This document shows positions 28,053 to 37,661 of a stretch of 64,000 bases of DNA, piece after piece. The notes beneath the pieces are model-generated. The model did not search any database, was not told where the DNA came from, and saw only the letters and a list, made by a program, of their open reading frames with translations. Source of the DNA: a phage. Made by a program: the position numbers and the translations under genes. Numbering within the stretch: position 1 is the first letter of the stretch; every line of letters begins with the position of its first letter. The stretch lies in the NCBI GenBank assembly GCA_025823825.1, contig GCA_025823825.1_4720.1; one strand, given 5' to 3'.

Positions 28053-30055
28053 AACGTGATTACATCCTCCGGTTTAGGTTCTTTACGCGGTAACAGCATG
28101 TAGTCGATCGGATGATCCGGCTTCATGGTTGGGATATAACTGTTCGGGTTTTGGAACGCATCCAGCTGCTCTTGGTGAGCGAACTTCATACTCAAGGAGC
28201 GCATGTTCATGTTCTTCTTGAAGGTACTGAAGTATCGTGTTGTTCCCTGTTTCGGCATGCGATAATCTTTCGTGTGCGGTGAACGAATCATGCTGGCGTA
28301 GAGAATAACATCGAGATGCGAAAGGTTCATTCGCAGACGCTGGGCACACAGACGATGCCAATAGTACAGCACGTTTGCAACTTCTTCCGGTGTTGCTTCG
28401 TCTTCCGAAAGGAATCCGGCACTGAAAGAACCTTTCCCGAATTTGAATTCACGTTCGATTTCTTTTGCGTATTCCATCATGTTTTTGTGGATTAACGGCA
28501 TCTGGAATAACGTACGTGAATTGTCCCAATGTTTCAAGTCGAAAATCACAATCCCGTCAGACGTCACTTCCCAGCTATGGCGTTTAAGATAACGGATAAA
28601 CGCTTTACTCGGTACAACAGGACGTCCACAGAAATCGAAATTGACTTTGAGCTTACGATAGCTTTCATCTTTCCTGTCGTAAATCTCCATATCGCAAAGC
28701 GTCATGTTAAACAAGCGTTGCGGTATCAGCGAACTGATTTCTTCCGCTTCGGCTACGTCGTACAACATGTTCGCAAGACCTAACTTCATCTTAATCAGCA
28801 CGTGTTTACCTTTCAGCTCACGTGCGAGTTTGATGTCGTTCATGTTCTGGCTATAGCGAAGGATATGTTGATATTCCGGTGGGATTGGTGCTGTGGATAC
28901 CGTTGACGAACCATCGTGGTGTTTGGTAGAAAGAATGTTCTGCGTCACCTGTTGCGAACAGGTACGCGCTGCGCCATCGCCGACATTATCAGTCAATGCG
29001 AAGTTATGACTTAATTCACCGTAACACGTTGTACATACCCCAGCAGGATCGGGATGATGACAATAGTTAACGGAGCGCATGCGTACCGTCGTGCCGATCA
29101 ATTCTTTCATGTGTGGTTGTATCGCTACCAACGAACCGTCATCACGAATAATGAATCGACCATGGAAGCCACGCAGGTCGGTCTCGTCGCGGATTGGCAT
29201 CGGGATGGTCTCTTTACTACCACAATCACCAGGATGGAGTCGTTGTACAACCGCTGTCGCTATCTGAAGTTCACGACCGAAATATTCAGACTTTTTAATC
29301 TGCTCTTTGTTGAACAGCAACGATTTTGCCGCAGAACGACTTTCTTTCAAGCTGTCGGGAAGAGAGATCAAACCGGCTGCGTATGACCGCATTACTGGAT
29401 CACGGAATATCTCGGAGTTAATATCGGTCAAGAATCCACGCATCCCAATACACTGCAGCACCTGTCCAATCGAAACGTGTTCGGTTCTTACCGCACGTGC
29501 GATAGGGTTTGCATGTAACGTTTTATCGGTGCTCAGTACCTTTGTCAGTTTCTTGTATGCGCTTTCGATACCTTCACGGGTGGGTTCCGCTTCGGCGATG
29601 ATTTTCTTAACTTCGGGATGTACGGTAATCTGATAAAAATCGTCCGCGCAAATCGTTGTTACGTATTCCTCCAACGCATACGTAAAGAAGTTATATACGT
29701 TGTTGAACATATCGAACAGTGCTTTCCAGAGAACCTCACGATTCTCTTGTGGGTAAGCATACATGCATTGACGATACGCTGCGCTTTGCAACGCAACCGA
29801 CGAACCAGCAGTAAACTTGCGTTTATCGACCAGGTTCTCTTTTGTCAATGGTGTCTCAGGATACATGCGATGCACAGACCAGTGCATGTAACTAAAGAAA
29901 ATGCGTCGCGCACGCAATTCATGAACGCCATCGTCCATCTCGATATATACACGGTCATTAGGCTGTGCCCACTCGAACACCTCATCAACCGGCCAATGCA
30001 TAAGCTCGCGTGCCCTCACACGACGTTTCGTGGTGGTCGTCTGTGTTATAGTCAT
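28049..30055 (-). CDS. RNA polymerase beta'-like subunit, C-terminal portion
   Basis: 668 aa; VLQCIGMRGFL...YAAGL...GDCGS resembles bacterial beta' region F/G (QLAGMRGLM...FREGL...DDCGT); compared from memory. Confidence 0.6.
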   Translation of the reverse strand: MTITQTTTTKRRVRARELMHWPVDEVFEWAQPNDRVYIEMDDGVHELRARRIFFSYMHWSVHRMYPETPLTKENLVDKRKFTAGSSVALQSAAYRQCMYAYPQENREVLWKALFDMFNNVYNFFTYALEEYVTTICADDFYQITVHPEVKKIIAEAEPTREGIESAYKKLTKVLSTDKTLHANPIARAVRTEHVSIGQVLQCIGMRGFLTDINSEIFRDPVMRSYAAGLISLPDSLKESRSAAKSLLFNKEQIKKSEYFGRELQIATAVVQRLHPGDCGSKETIPMPIRDETDLRGFHGRFIIRDDGSLVAIQPHMKELIGTTVRMRSVNYCHHPDPAGVCTTCYGELSHNFALTDNVGDGAARTCSQQVTQNILSTKHHDGSSTVSTAPIPPEYQHILRYSQNMNDIKLARELKGKHVLIKMKLGLANMLYDVAEAEEISSLIPQRLFNMTLCDMEIYDRKDESYRKLKVNFDFCGRPVVPSKAFIRYLKRHSWEVTSDGIVIFDLKHWDNSRTLFQMPLIHKNMMEYAKEIEREFKFGKGSFSAGFLSEDEATPEEVANVLYYWHRLCAQRLRMNLSHLDVILYASMIRSPHTKDYRMPKQGTTRYFSTFKKNMNMRSLSMKFAHQEQLDAFQNPNSYIPTMKPDHPIDYMLLPRKEPKPEDVITL

Positions 30056-30200
30056 TATTGCTTTCCGATTTAAATGGTTTTATCATACGGTTTACCAAAT
30101 CCGTTGGACTTTACTATCGTTGTGATAGCATCGGGAATCCCTTCCCTTAGGTTATGTAGGTGTTAATATATCTCCACTGCTGACCTTTATGTCGGCAGCA

Positions 30201-30686
30201 TTATCCAGCTTTCTGTTGTAAAGCGTATGGATCCATAGCGTCTGACATATCCGCAAAAACGGTGAGAATAAACCCCTTTATCTGTCTCACCTCGGTTACA
30301 CGAAGCCCTTTATCATTGCGATATACGTTTTCTTCACCGACTAACTTTGGTCGAATAACATAAACTCCATCAACAAGCGGGAATGTCGGATACGGATAAA
30401 TACCAATACGAATGATGTTTGGGTGATCGCCTAGAAGGTCACGTCCAAACTTATCGACTCGACCATAAATCGCCCCATCCGCACCTTCCACTTCAATGAG
30501 ATCATTTCGAATATCCTGAAATAGTTGCTCTAACGTGTCGGCGGGATACGCATATGCGACGCCTAACGCCGGATCCTCGACGGTTTTGACACTGAATCCG
30601 TTAAGCCAAACAATCCGTTCATCCGCCCATGTTTCTTCATATACCGTTAATCCATCGCCGTATATGTTGGCGTGTGCTATCTCCAT
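30201..30686 (-). CDS. hypothetical protein
   Basis: 161 aa ORF. Confidence 0.45.
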   Translation of the reverse strand: MEIAHANIYGDGLTVYEETWADERIVWLNGFSVKTVEDPALGVAYAYPADTLEQLFQDIRNDLIEVEGADGAIYGRVDKFGRDLLGDHPNIIRIGIYPYPTFPLVDGVYVIRPKLVGEENVYRNDKGLRVTEVRQIKGFILTVFADMSDAMDPYALQQKAG

Positions 30687-30843
30687 AATCTCATTTCCTC
30701 TTATACGTTAGGATAGATGACATGTTGGATATACGTTGCCTTTGCATATATTGCTTTATTTCCGTCAGAAATAACGGAAAATAAAAACAACGACATAGTT
30801 CCCTCCCACCTCCACATGGGAGAGGGAGGGCTATTCGTGTTTA

Positions 30844-31206
30844 TTACTCTATGCTGTCTTCTTCAGCACAATCCTCTTCTGAACCGTCGAACGTTTTCTG
30901 CACTGCAGTGGTATCCCAGTTGGCAGCGTAATCAGCCATCGCTTCGCGCAGTGCTTCTTCACCAGCATCACCGGCCAGGTCAAGCACAACCAAACCTTGC
31001 GCGACGTTTTGAGCGACAGTATCAATAACGGTCGCATCTTCTTCAAAACTACGTACCGGTTCAATGGTGCCTACATCAACAGCATAGTTCGTGGTCGCTG
31101 TAAGCACGGCGACTTGTAGCGCGTCGCTATCTTCATCATGCAATGCTGCTTCAATACCGATTGGACGGGCCAGTTCTTGCAGTGTTAATTTGCGAATTAA
31201 GTTCAT
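30844..31206 (-). CDS. hypothetical acidic protein, small paralog family
   Basis: 120 aa; VAQGLVVLDLAGDAGEEALREAM resembles TARGLMLLELFGEQGRTELQSEL of 31697-32107. Confidence 0.4.
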   Translation of the reverse strand: MNLIRKLTLQELARPIGIEAALHDEDSDALQVAVLTATTNYAVDVGTIEPVRSFEEDATVIDTVAQNVAQGLVVLDLAGDAGEEALREAMADYAANWDTTAVQKTFDGSEEDCAEEDSIE

Positions 31207-31227
31207 TATATTTTCCTCAGGTGAATG

Positions 31228-31578
31228 TTAGCAATCGTTTAAAACTTTTTCGATACGATGGTTGACGAATTCATTGAACGACTCTTCGGCTTGTTCGATA
31301 ATTTCATCAACGTCGATATCTAATTGTTGGGGTTGGATAACATGCTCTTTCATGGTTTCTAGCCAGTATTCGGCTTTAACCATAACGTTAGCGACATGTT
31401 CGACCTGACTGCGTATGTCGACGATCTGGCAGTCAGGATTGTTAATATCGATGATGTGTCCGTGGTGGTTGATAAAACCTAGCTTATTTGATGCCCTTAC
31501 CGCATCGCGGGTAAGTTCTTGCAAGATTAAATTATTGACGTAGTTCACTGCTACGGAACGATTTTCGTTATCACTCAT
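31228..31578 (-). CDS. hypothetical protein
   Basis: Start set at ATG 31578 (MSDNENRS) with AAAGAGG upstream. Confidence 0.4.
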   Translation of the reverse strand: MSDNENRSVAVNYVNNLILQELTRDAVRASNKLGFINHHGHIIDINNPDCQIVDIRSQVEHVANVMVKAEYWLETMKEHVIQPQQLDIDVDEIIEQAEESFNEFVNHRIEKVLNDC

Positions 31579-31647
31579 ACCAGGGATCCTCTTTAAGTCT
31601 TCACATTCTAGTGTTAAGCAGTTAAAATAAACCGTTCCTTTAATCAG

Positions 31648-31687
31648 CATAAACATCCTCCTCCCACCACATGGGCAGGAGGAGGCG
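31648..31687 (-). terminator. hairpin CCTCCTCCC...GGAGGAGG followed on minus strand by TGTTTATGCTG
   Basis: Inverted repeat seen directly. Confidence 0.5.
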
Positions 31688-31696
31688 TAATATGCA

Positions 31697-32107
31697 TCAG
31701 AAAGGAGGACGATCTTTAAATTCTAACAACGTGTCTTCGAAGCAAGCGATGAGTTCAGACTGCAATTCGGTACGGCCTTGTTCACCGAAGAGTTCCAGCA
31801 ACATTAACCCCCGAGCGGTCTTCGTAGCAACCTCTTCGCAGATGCGGAGATCGTGAACTTCATCATCGTTGACATCTTTACGCAACTGTGCCGCAATGGG
31901 CTTAAGATTGCCGTTTTCATCGTGTTCGTCACGAAATGCATCATAAGCCGCATCGATGTTCGCGATCCGTGTCAATCCTTCAGAATCCCGCCAGTCTCGA
32001 TATAATCCAAGCAGACGGTTATGATTCTTCGTTTTGACGTTCGGTGCTGGAAGGTTGCGCAACAGATGTGGTGTAATCATTGCTATCACGCTATCCGAAT
32101 GATCCAT
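31697..32107 (-). CDS. hypothetical acidic protein, small paralog family
   Basis: 136 aa ORF. Confidence 0.4.
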   Translation of the reverse strand: MDHSDSVIAMITPHLLRNLPAPNVKTKNHNRLLGLYRDWRDSEGLTRIANIDAAYDAFRDEHDENGNLKPIAAQLRKDVNDDEVHDLRICEEVATKTARGLMLLELFGEQGRTELQSELIACFEDTLLEFKDRPPF

Positions 32108-32118
32108 CGTATACCTCG

Positions 32119-34287
32119 TTAGCTTTCGCAGTCATCTGCGTCGATGATTTGTCCGCCAGCAACGTTCAGTTGATGATACAGAATCCTCAACGCACGGTTG
32201 CCGCCAATGGGATATTTCTCGAAGTTGGTTGCAATAGGAATCGCTGACGGTTTATCGGTCGCATAGATGCTTTCGGTGATGCTATCCACCTGTTTTGGAT
32301 TGTTCGCATAATCCATAAAGACGCTTGCGAACCATCCGCCAGCAAAGGCGGTAACCTCACGATGTTCAGATTCGCCACAGTAACGAGTCGGTTGCTCTTT
32401 ACCCGGAGAACTGTATTTATCGCTATTACTGAGTTTCGACGGTAATCCGTGCGCTTGCAATTTAGGGATACCCACCGCTGACCAATCGTTCGCCGTCTTC
32501 TCCAACATCATGATGTACGTGTCACCGATCGCAATATCGTTCTTGGTTGTCCGCCATTGCCCGGAACGCCCACGGTATCGTACAGGACCTTTCTTCAACG
32601 GGAACTCACGAATCAGATTCTCCATACGTTCTGAACCTGCTGCGATACTGTCCGTCGGGATATAAACTTCCGTACCGTGGCGTTGTACGTACCGTAAATG
32701 ATCCCATTTATCCTCATCCGTGATACAGTATTTTTCAACAACCTGTTCCACGAACTCAGGACTGACGATATAGTAGTAGCGCATCAGTGTGTTCCAAGCG
32801 GTCTCCAGATCGCCTGCATCCATCACCGGTTTCAGTTCACGCATGATCTGATCACCAACGCCGTTGATGTAAGGTGCGTTAACACGACTTAAACTCATCC
32901 TTTTGATTACCGTACTATCGTCGAACATGAAGTCCGCAACGTTACCCCATTGGTCGACCGGCATTTCATCGTCTTCCATGATGTCGGTTACGACGAATTT
33001 ATCACCCGCCATACCGGTGAATTTAAACCCGATACCTGGAACAACGTCGTACGTGTACGTGATGGTCACACGCCAATCATCGAGATTCTCTTTACGGTAA
33101 TCGCGGGTTGGTAATACATGACGTAGCTGTCCGTTGGGATTGCGGATATCAATACCATGTTCAGCATCAGCCAGGTTCAACCACCACATCACCGTTTGAT
33201 GATGACGTATCGGCGTACCAACGCGTTCACGTTCGTACTTACGAACAGCATCCTGAATTCGGGTGTAAAGCAAACCAATCGCGTTCTCGTATTTCAGGAA
33301 TTGACGATACGGAGGACGCATCTTCTCTTCCATCATAATCGCACGCTCGCGGGCTTGACGTCCAGAACGACGATGTCGGTCGCTGACAACATCGATATCC
33401 GTTACACGCGCATTCGGTTCCGCGTAAGTGAGATCATCGTAAACATAATCCACACGCTGAAGGTTACACGTCATCATGTCAACAACGCTGAGGATAGGAT
33501 CGATTTCGCGTGTTGCTGCAAGTAACCCATCCTTACGAATACGCTCACCATTCTCGGGTATTGCTTGGTATACCTCGTCATCGCCGTAGAGATTGATTGG
33601 GTATCGTGATTTACCTGATGTGATCGTCCGCTTCTCAATGCCGGTACTGGTGAAATGCTTCAATACACCACGACGGGCAACACCACCATCCTCGATACAC
33701 TGATAGAAGCTACCGAAACACACCTTGCAATCGCGACCGTAACCCCACTCGCGTGTTTCTTGATTGATCGCTGGGCTTTCCATCAAACGAGAATATCGCG
33801 GTACGATCTGGCCTCGACGGAGGGAATGGAACAAGTTGGTTGGTCGAAAACGGAAACCGTACTGCTGATGCATGATGTGATGCTCAGGCACTTCAAGCAA
33901 GCGTAGTTCGTGGCGGTTACCATCCTCTTGGTTTTCGTACAGCACGTAATGCATCGTGTTTGTTTTGATGCTGTTTGCTGTATGCCCCGGTTGGAAACGT
34001 GGGATGATATCTATGATGCGAGATTCAACTGGAAACTCTACTGACCAAGTGTTCTGTCCGTACTGGTATTCGATCCCCGTCGTCAGTCGGGACGGTTTCG
34101 CATCTTTGATAACCAACGCTTGGCTAAGATGTCCGCCAAACATCGCAGCGCGCTGTGCTGAGTTATAATGCAATAGCCCGTTAAGTCCAGTCCCTACGCC
34201 AGTATACTCCTGTTTAATGGGAATGATTTTACCTTCAGCGATTGCCTGCTTCACAGATTCATAAAGAGGTTTTTCTTTATAATGCAT
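32119..34287 (-). CDS. RNA polymerase beta-like subunit, C-terminal portion
   Basis: AGDKFVV..EDDEMPVDQWGNVADFMF..RMSLSRV and GESEHREVTAFAGGW resemble bacterial beta GDKMAGRHGNKG...EDMPYDENG and GEMEVWALEAYGA; start at ATG 34287 with AGGAAG upstream. Confidence 0.65.
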   Translation of the reverse strand: MHYKEKPLYESVKQAIAEGKIIPIKQEYTGVGTGLNGLLHYNSAQRAAMFGGHLSQALVIKDAKPSRLTTGIEYQYGQNTWSVEFPVESRIIDIIPRFQPGHTANSIKTNTMHYVLYENQEDGNRHELRLLEVPEHHIMHQQYGFRFRPTNLFHSLRRGQIVPRYSRLMESPAINQETREWGYGRDCKVCFGSFYQCIEDGGVARRGVLKHFTSTGIEKRTITSGKSRYPINLYGDDEVYQAIPENGERIRKDGLLAATREIDPILSVVDMMTCNLQRVDYVYDDLTYAEPNARVTDIDVVSDRHRRSGRQARERAIMMEEKMRPPYRQFLKYENAIGLLYTRIQDAVRKYERERVGTPIRHHQTVMWWLNLADAEHGIDIRNPNGQLRHVLPTRDYRKENLDDWRVTITYTYDVVPGIGFKFTGMAGDKFVVTDIMEDDEMPVDQWGNVADFMFDDSTVIKRMSLSRVNAPYINGVGDQIMRELKPVMDAGDLETAWNTLMRYYYIVSPEFVEQVVEKYCITDEDKWDHLRYVQRHGTEVYIPTDSIAAGSERMENLIREFPLKKGPVRYRGRSGQWRTTKNDIAIGDTYIMMLEKTANDWSAVGIPKLQAHGLPSKLSNSDKYSSPGKEQPTRYCGESEHREVTAFAGGWFASVFMDYANNPKQVDSITESIYATDKPSAIPIATNFEKYPIGGNRALRILYHQLNVAGGQIIDADDCES

Positions 34288-34318
34288 AGGACTTCCTATT
34301 ATCGAATTGAGGTACGTC

Positions 34319-34672
34319 ATGTCTAACACGCCCCTGAACGACTTTCTTAAGACAAACCCCGATGACCTCATCCACGATCTTGATTTCAGGAACGTTGTTG
34401 AGATGCATCTGGAATATTTCAAAAATGCCGGACTGGTCTCTACGATAGACATACCACCCGAACGTGCCTACGAATTCGATGGTAACTTTTATGGATTGTG
34501 TCGTGTTCTGCTCGGCGAGGGTAGCGAACCAATGCACTGGATAACCATGAGACTCAATGGTTATCGTGACCCTACGGAATACACCGCCGATGTTCTAACC
34601 ATGAAGATTGTCGATACAAGCGCAATCAACACATTAAAACAACAGTACCGCACAATCCACTACAGCGCTTAA
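34319..34672 (+). CDS. hypothetical protein (isolated plus-strand gene)
   Basis: 117 aa from ATG 34319 with GAGG upstream; divergent from beta gene. Confidence 0.5.
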   Translation: MSNTPLNDFLKTNPDDLIHDLDFRNVVEMHLEYFKNAGLVSTIDIPPERAYEFDGNFYGLCRVLLGEGSEPMHWITMRLNGYRDPTEYTADVLTMKIVDTSAINTLKQQYRTIHYSA

Positions 34673-34677
34673 GATAA

Positions 34678-34712
34678 CCCTCCCACAGCGTAAAGCGTAG
34701 GGAGGGCATTTA
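34678..34712 (+). terminator. hairpin CCCTCCC...GGGAGGG followed by CATTTATGCCG
   Basis: Inverted repeat directly after the 34672 stop. Confidence 0.55.
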
Positions 34713-34737
34713 TGCCGTCGTTCGATGACTTAACACA

Positions 34738-36018
34738 TCAGAAACGATTTACAGTACGTCCTGTCCACGCGCTCAGGATGTTGTTACGTTCCATCTCAGC
34801 ACGACGACGTAAACCGTTTGGCGACTGCGGTGCTTGCGGCATCCCCCATCCAGCCGGTTGCATACCCATGCCCGGCCAAGCAGCGTTATTGAACATCGTA
34901 CCGTTACGTTCCGCAACACGGTTCATCAGCGCATCAAACGTGCTATTACCTGCCGGTTGGTTACCACCACTTTCCCATTGATTAGGTTGGACAGGTGCGG
35001 TTTTACCTAACAGGTTATCGATCACACTGCCTGTTGCAGCAGGACGCGGTTGCATACCTTCATGTGCGGCTGCCGATGGATTTGGCTTAACCGTCGGCTG
35101 TGGACGACTGTTCAGCGTTACGCCCATGTTGTATTTCGCTGGCGGAATCTGACCACGATGTTGATTAATCGGTTCAAAATCCTCAACCCAGGTAACATCA
35201 CAATAACCGTTCTCTTTACCGTCGTACTTATCACCAAACAGTTTGATGAGATTGTTCAGCGGTTCCATCAGCTTAGCGAAGCTGTGGATAAGACAATCGA
35301 AATACGGAGCATGGGGATCGCTTGACCCAGCGTTGTACGTTTCGCTTACTTCACCCGCGTGCGGGATAACGTACTCAACCAGGTTTCTCAGCATGTTAAG
35401 ATCTTTCTTGGAAATCTCAACACCACACCAATACGTTTTCTTATCTTTCGTGCTGATGTGTTCTTCTTCCATGAACGGGAAAGTAACGACCGCAACGCGG
35501 GTCATCTTCTTACCCATGTAGGTTGCACCAGTACGACGAAGATAAATTTTGGACAGCGTATACGGCGTATCACGTTTCAGCCAAACGGTGACCAGTTTGC
35601 CCAGGGTCGTTAGTGTTTTATCGCTGGCGTCCGCAAGGATGTTGAAGAACTCTTTTTGCTTCGGCCCGAAACGTTTTGCTTCTTTAGGATTGATTGCGGT
35701 TTCAACCATCCAAATCAGCATGGAGCATAGCGTGGCATTAAAACGAACAACCATCGCGCGGCGCAGGAACTGAAGGACTTCCGATTCGCCGTTCATCACG
35801 TCTTCACTTAGCGGATGGAACAGCACACGTTCAGCCAGCTGATTTCCGGTACGAACTTCAGAAACCGGCATCAGCAACGGCATGCTTTCCACGGTAGCGG
35901 CAACTGCAACAACTTTACCATCCCCATCCGTAAAACGATATTCTAATTCGTGGGCGTCATTCTCAAAATAGTTAACGCTCTGTAGTGCTTTGCGATAAGC
36001 TTCGATAAGCTTCGACAT
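34738..36018 (-). CDS. hypothetical protein with P/Q/G/M-rich C-terminal region
   Basis: 426 aa ORF. Confidence 0.5.
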   Translation of the reverse strand: MSKLIEAYRKALQSVNYFENDAHELEYRFTDGDGKVVAVAATVESMPLLMPVSEVRTGNQLAERVLFHPLSEDVMNGESEVLQFLRRAMVVRFNATLCSMLIWMVETAINPKEAKRFGPKQKEFFNILADASDKTLTTLGKLVTVWLKRDTPYTLSKIYLRRTGATYMGKKMTRVAVVTFPFMEEEHISTKDKKTYWCGVEISKKDLNMLRNLVEYVIPHAGEVSETYNAGSSDPHAPYFDCLIHSFAKLMEPLNNLIKLFGDKYDGKENGYCDVTWVEDFEPINQHRGQIPPAKYNMGVTLNSRPQPTVKPNPSAAAHEGMQPRPAATGSVIDNLLGKTAPVQPNQWESGGNQPAGNSTFDALMNRVAERNGTMFNNAAWPGMGMQPAGWGMPQAPQSPNGLRRRAEMERNNILSAWTGRTVNRF

Positions 36019-36073
36019 ATTGTATTTCCTTTTCTTTACGTCAACGGTCCCCCTACAACAGGGGACCTATGGA

Positions 36074-37660
36074 TTAGAAGTTGCCTTTGGTAGTTACCGC
36101 ATCCACCAGGTTAAACAAATCAACACTCAGCTTATACACCTCCTGCTGGCTACGGTTGAGCAGCGGGCTGTATGCGGATGGGTTGATGTTCGGCATGGTG
36201 TACGGAATCGGTGCAGAGCCGTCAACGCTGATCTTGAACTGGCTGTCCAGGAACAGGTTAATCGCGCCGCTCACCATAACCGCATTCGGGTTGTTACCCA
36301 ACATGGAGGGTAGGATATTGGTAATCATGTCAGAACGCATTTGTTCAGCAGCACGGTTACAATCGTATCCTTTAATGAAAGGTACAGCGTCGGTAACCGC
36401 AACCGCCCACTGACCAGGCATGATACCGAGTTCTGGGTGACCATGGTTGTCAGCAATAAAACGGAACGACTCCAACATGCGGTACGTCATCGCAGCAGGC
36501 ATCATTGCAGCAAGCGATGAGCAATACAGCGTTGGATAATCGATCACGTCCCAGCTCTGGCTGTCGGTCGGCATCCAACCAAACTCGGTGGTTGCTGATG
36601 TACCGCGACGAGCTTCCACATACGGGAATAACGTTAAGACGTCACGGATATGTTCACCGAACATCCGTTTCATGTCAGCCCAACTCAGGCTACCGCTGAA
36701 AGCGAATCCTTCATCACGCATAATCGCACCGAATACCGGATGCGCGACCAGCGGTTCTTCACGAACAGCTTGAGCGGCTTCTACGTAAATATCCTCGTTC
36801 TCTGCGCTACCTGGATGAGACCCGCTTTCGTACGTCTGACGAATAGCCCCAACATTATCGAAGGCTTTTCTCAGATAGATGGTTGGGATGTTCGTATCGG
36901 CACTAGCTGGTTTGATTTTCTCTGTTGCGAAACACATTGCTGCTTCCACACCACGGAAAACCGGTTCCGGTTGCGGTGGGTAGGATGTACGATGAACCAC
37001 GTCAGCGTAGGCGGGATCGAACTGCTGCATTACGTTCTGCATGGCTGGGTCCATGAACTGGTTATCAAAACCACCATTGCCCACCCAACGTGCTGTCGAT
37101 GCATAAGTCAGTGTATCCTGAACACGAGTACTGAACTGAACATCGCGATTAACAGGGTCGTATGCACCGGTCAACAGGTTCGTTGCGTCCATCGGGGTTG
37201 CACGAACAATTTGCTTACCGAACATATCTGTCGTGGTTGTTTCGGTTACCTGGATTACGTTCGTGAAGAAGAACACCAGTTCATTCGGCAGATCGATAGC
37301 ACGCGTTGTAAACGCATCGAGGCTTACAGAATGGTCGGTGTATCCAGAAATGTAATGGACACGCTTGGTTCCTGGTGCAAGGGCCAAGGATTCTTCTACA
37401 GCCATCATGAAATGGAAACGACGTGTGCCCCAACCATTCGCAATCTCCGAAACCCCCTCAGGTTCTGCAGACTGCTGCAACAAACCGGTTGCAAGCTTGT
37501 TGATTGCTGATGGTGTTGTTGCCGTACCGAACCGCGTCGTGTTAATAAAGTCTTCGATGCTACGCATGCTATCTGCGTGGAATCGTAGTGGACGACGTTG
37601 TACGTTGTTGTACGGTGCGGTTTCAACCATCAGTATTTCACGAACATTCATCGGGATCAT
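36074..37660 (-). CDS. hypothetical protein
   Basis: 528 aa ORF, 1 nt after upstream stop. Confidence 0.55.
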   Translation of the reverse strand: MIPMNVREILMVETAPYNNVQRRPLRFHADSMRSIEDFINTTRFGTATTPSAINKLATGLLQQSAEPEGVSEIANGWGTRRFHFMMAVEESLALAPGTKRVHYISGYTDHSVSLDAFTTRAIDLPNELVFFFTNVIQVTETTTTDMFGKQIVRATPMDATNLLTGAYDPVNRDVQFSTRVQDTLTYASTARWVGNGGFDNQFMDPAMQNVMQQFDPAYADVVHRTSYPPQPEPVFRGVEAAMCFATEKIKPASADTNIPTIYLRKAFDNVGAIRQTYESGSHPGSAENEDIYVEAAQAVREEPLVAHPVFGAIMRDEGFAFSGSLSWADMKRMFGEHIRDVLTLFPYVEARRGTSATTEFGWMPTDSQSWDVIDYPTLYCSSLAAMMPAAMTYRMLESFRFIADNHGHPELGIMPGQWAVAVTDAVPFIKGYDCNRAAEQMRSDMITNILPSMLGNNPNAVMVSGAINLFLDSQFKISVDGSAPIPYTMPNINPSAYSPLLNRSQQEVYKLSVDLFNLVDAVTTKGNF

Positions 37661-37661
37661 T

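Noticed and set aside
34712-34981. Plus-strand ORF 34712-34981 starting at the ATG of a TTTATGCCG element
   Set aside because: It is antisense to the 426-aa minus-strand gene and the ATG is part of the recurrent post-hairpin motif, not evidence of a gene.
36650-37510. Long plus-strand ORFs nested in minus-strand genes (36650-37510, 49776-50717, 29618-30073, 51567-51971, 1395-1865, 3476-3898 and similar)
   Set aside because: They lie antisense or out of frame inside longer ORFs with recognisable motifs or strong RBS; treated as frame shadows.
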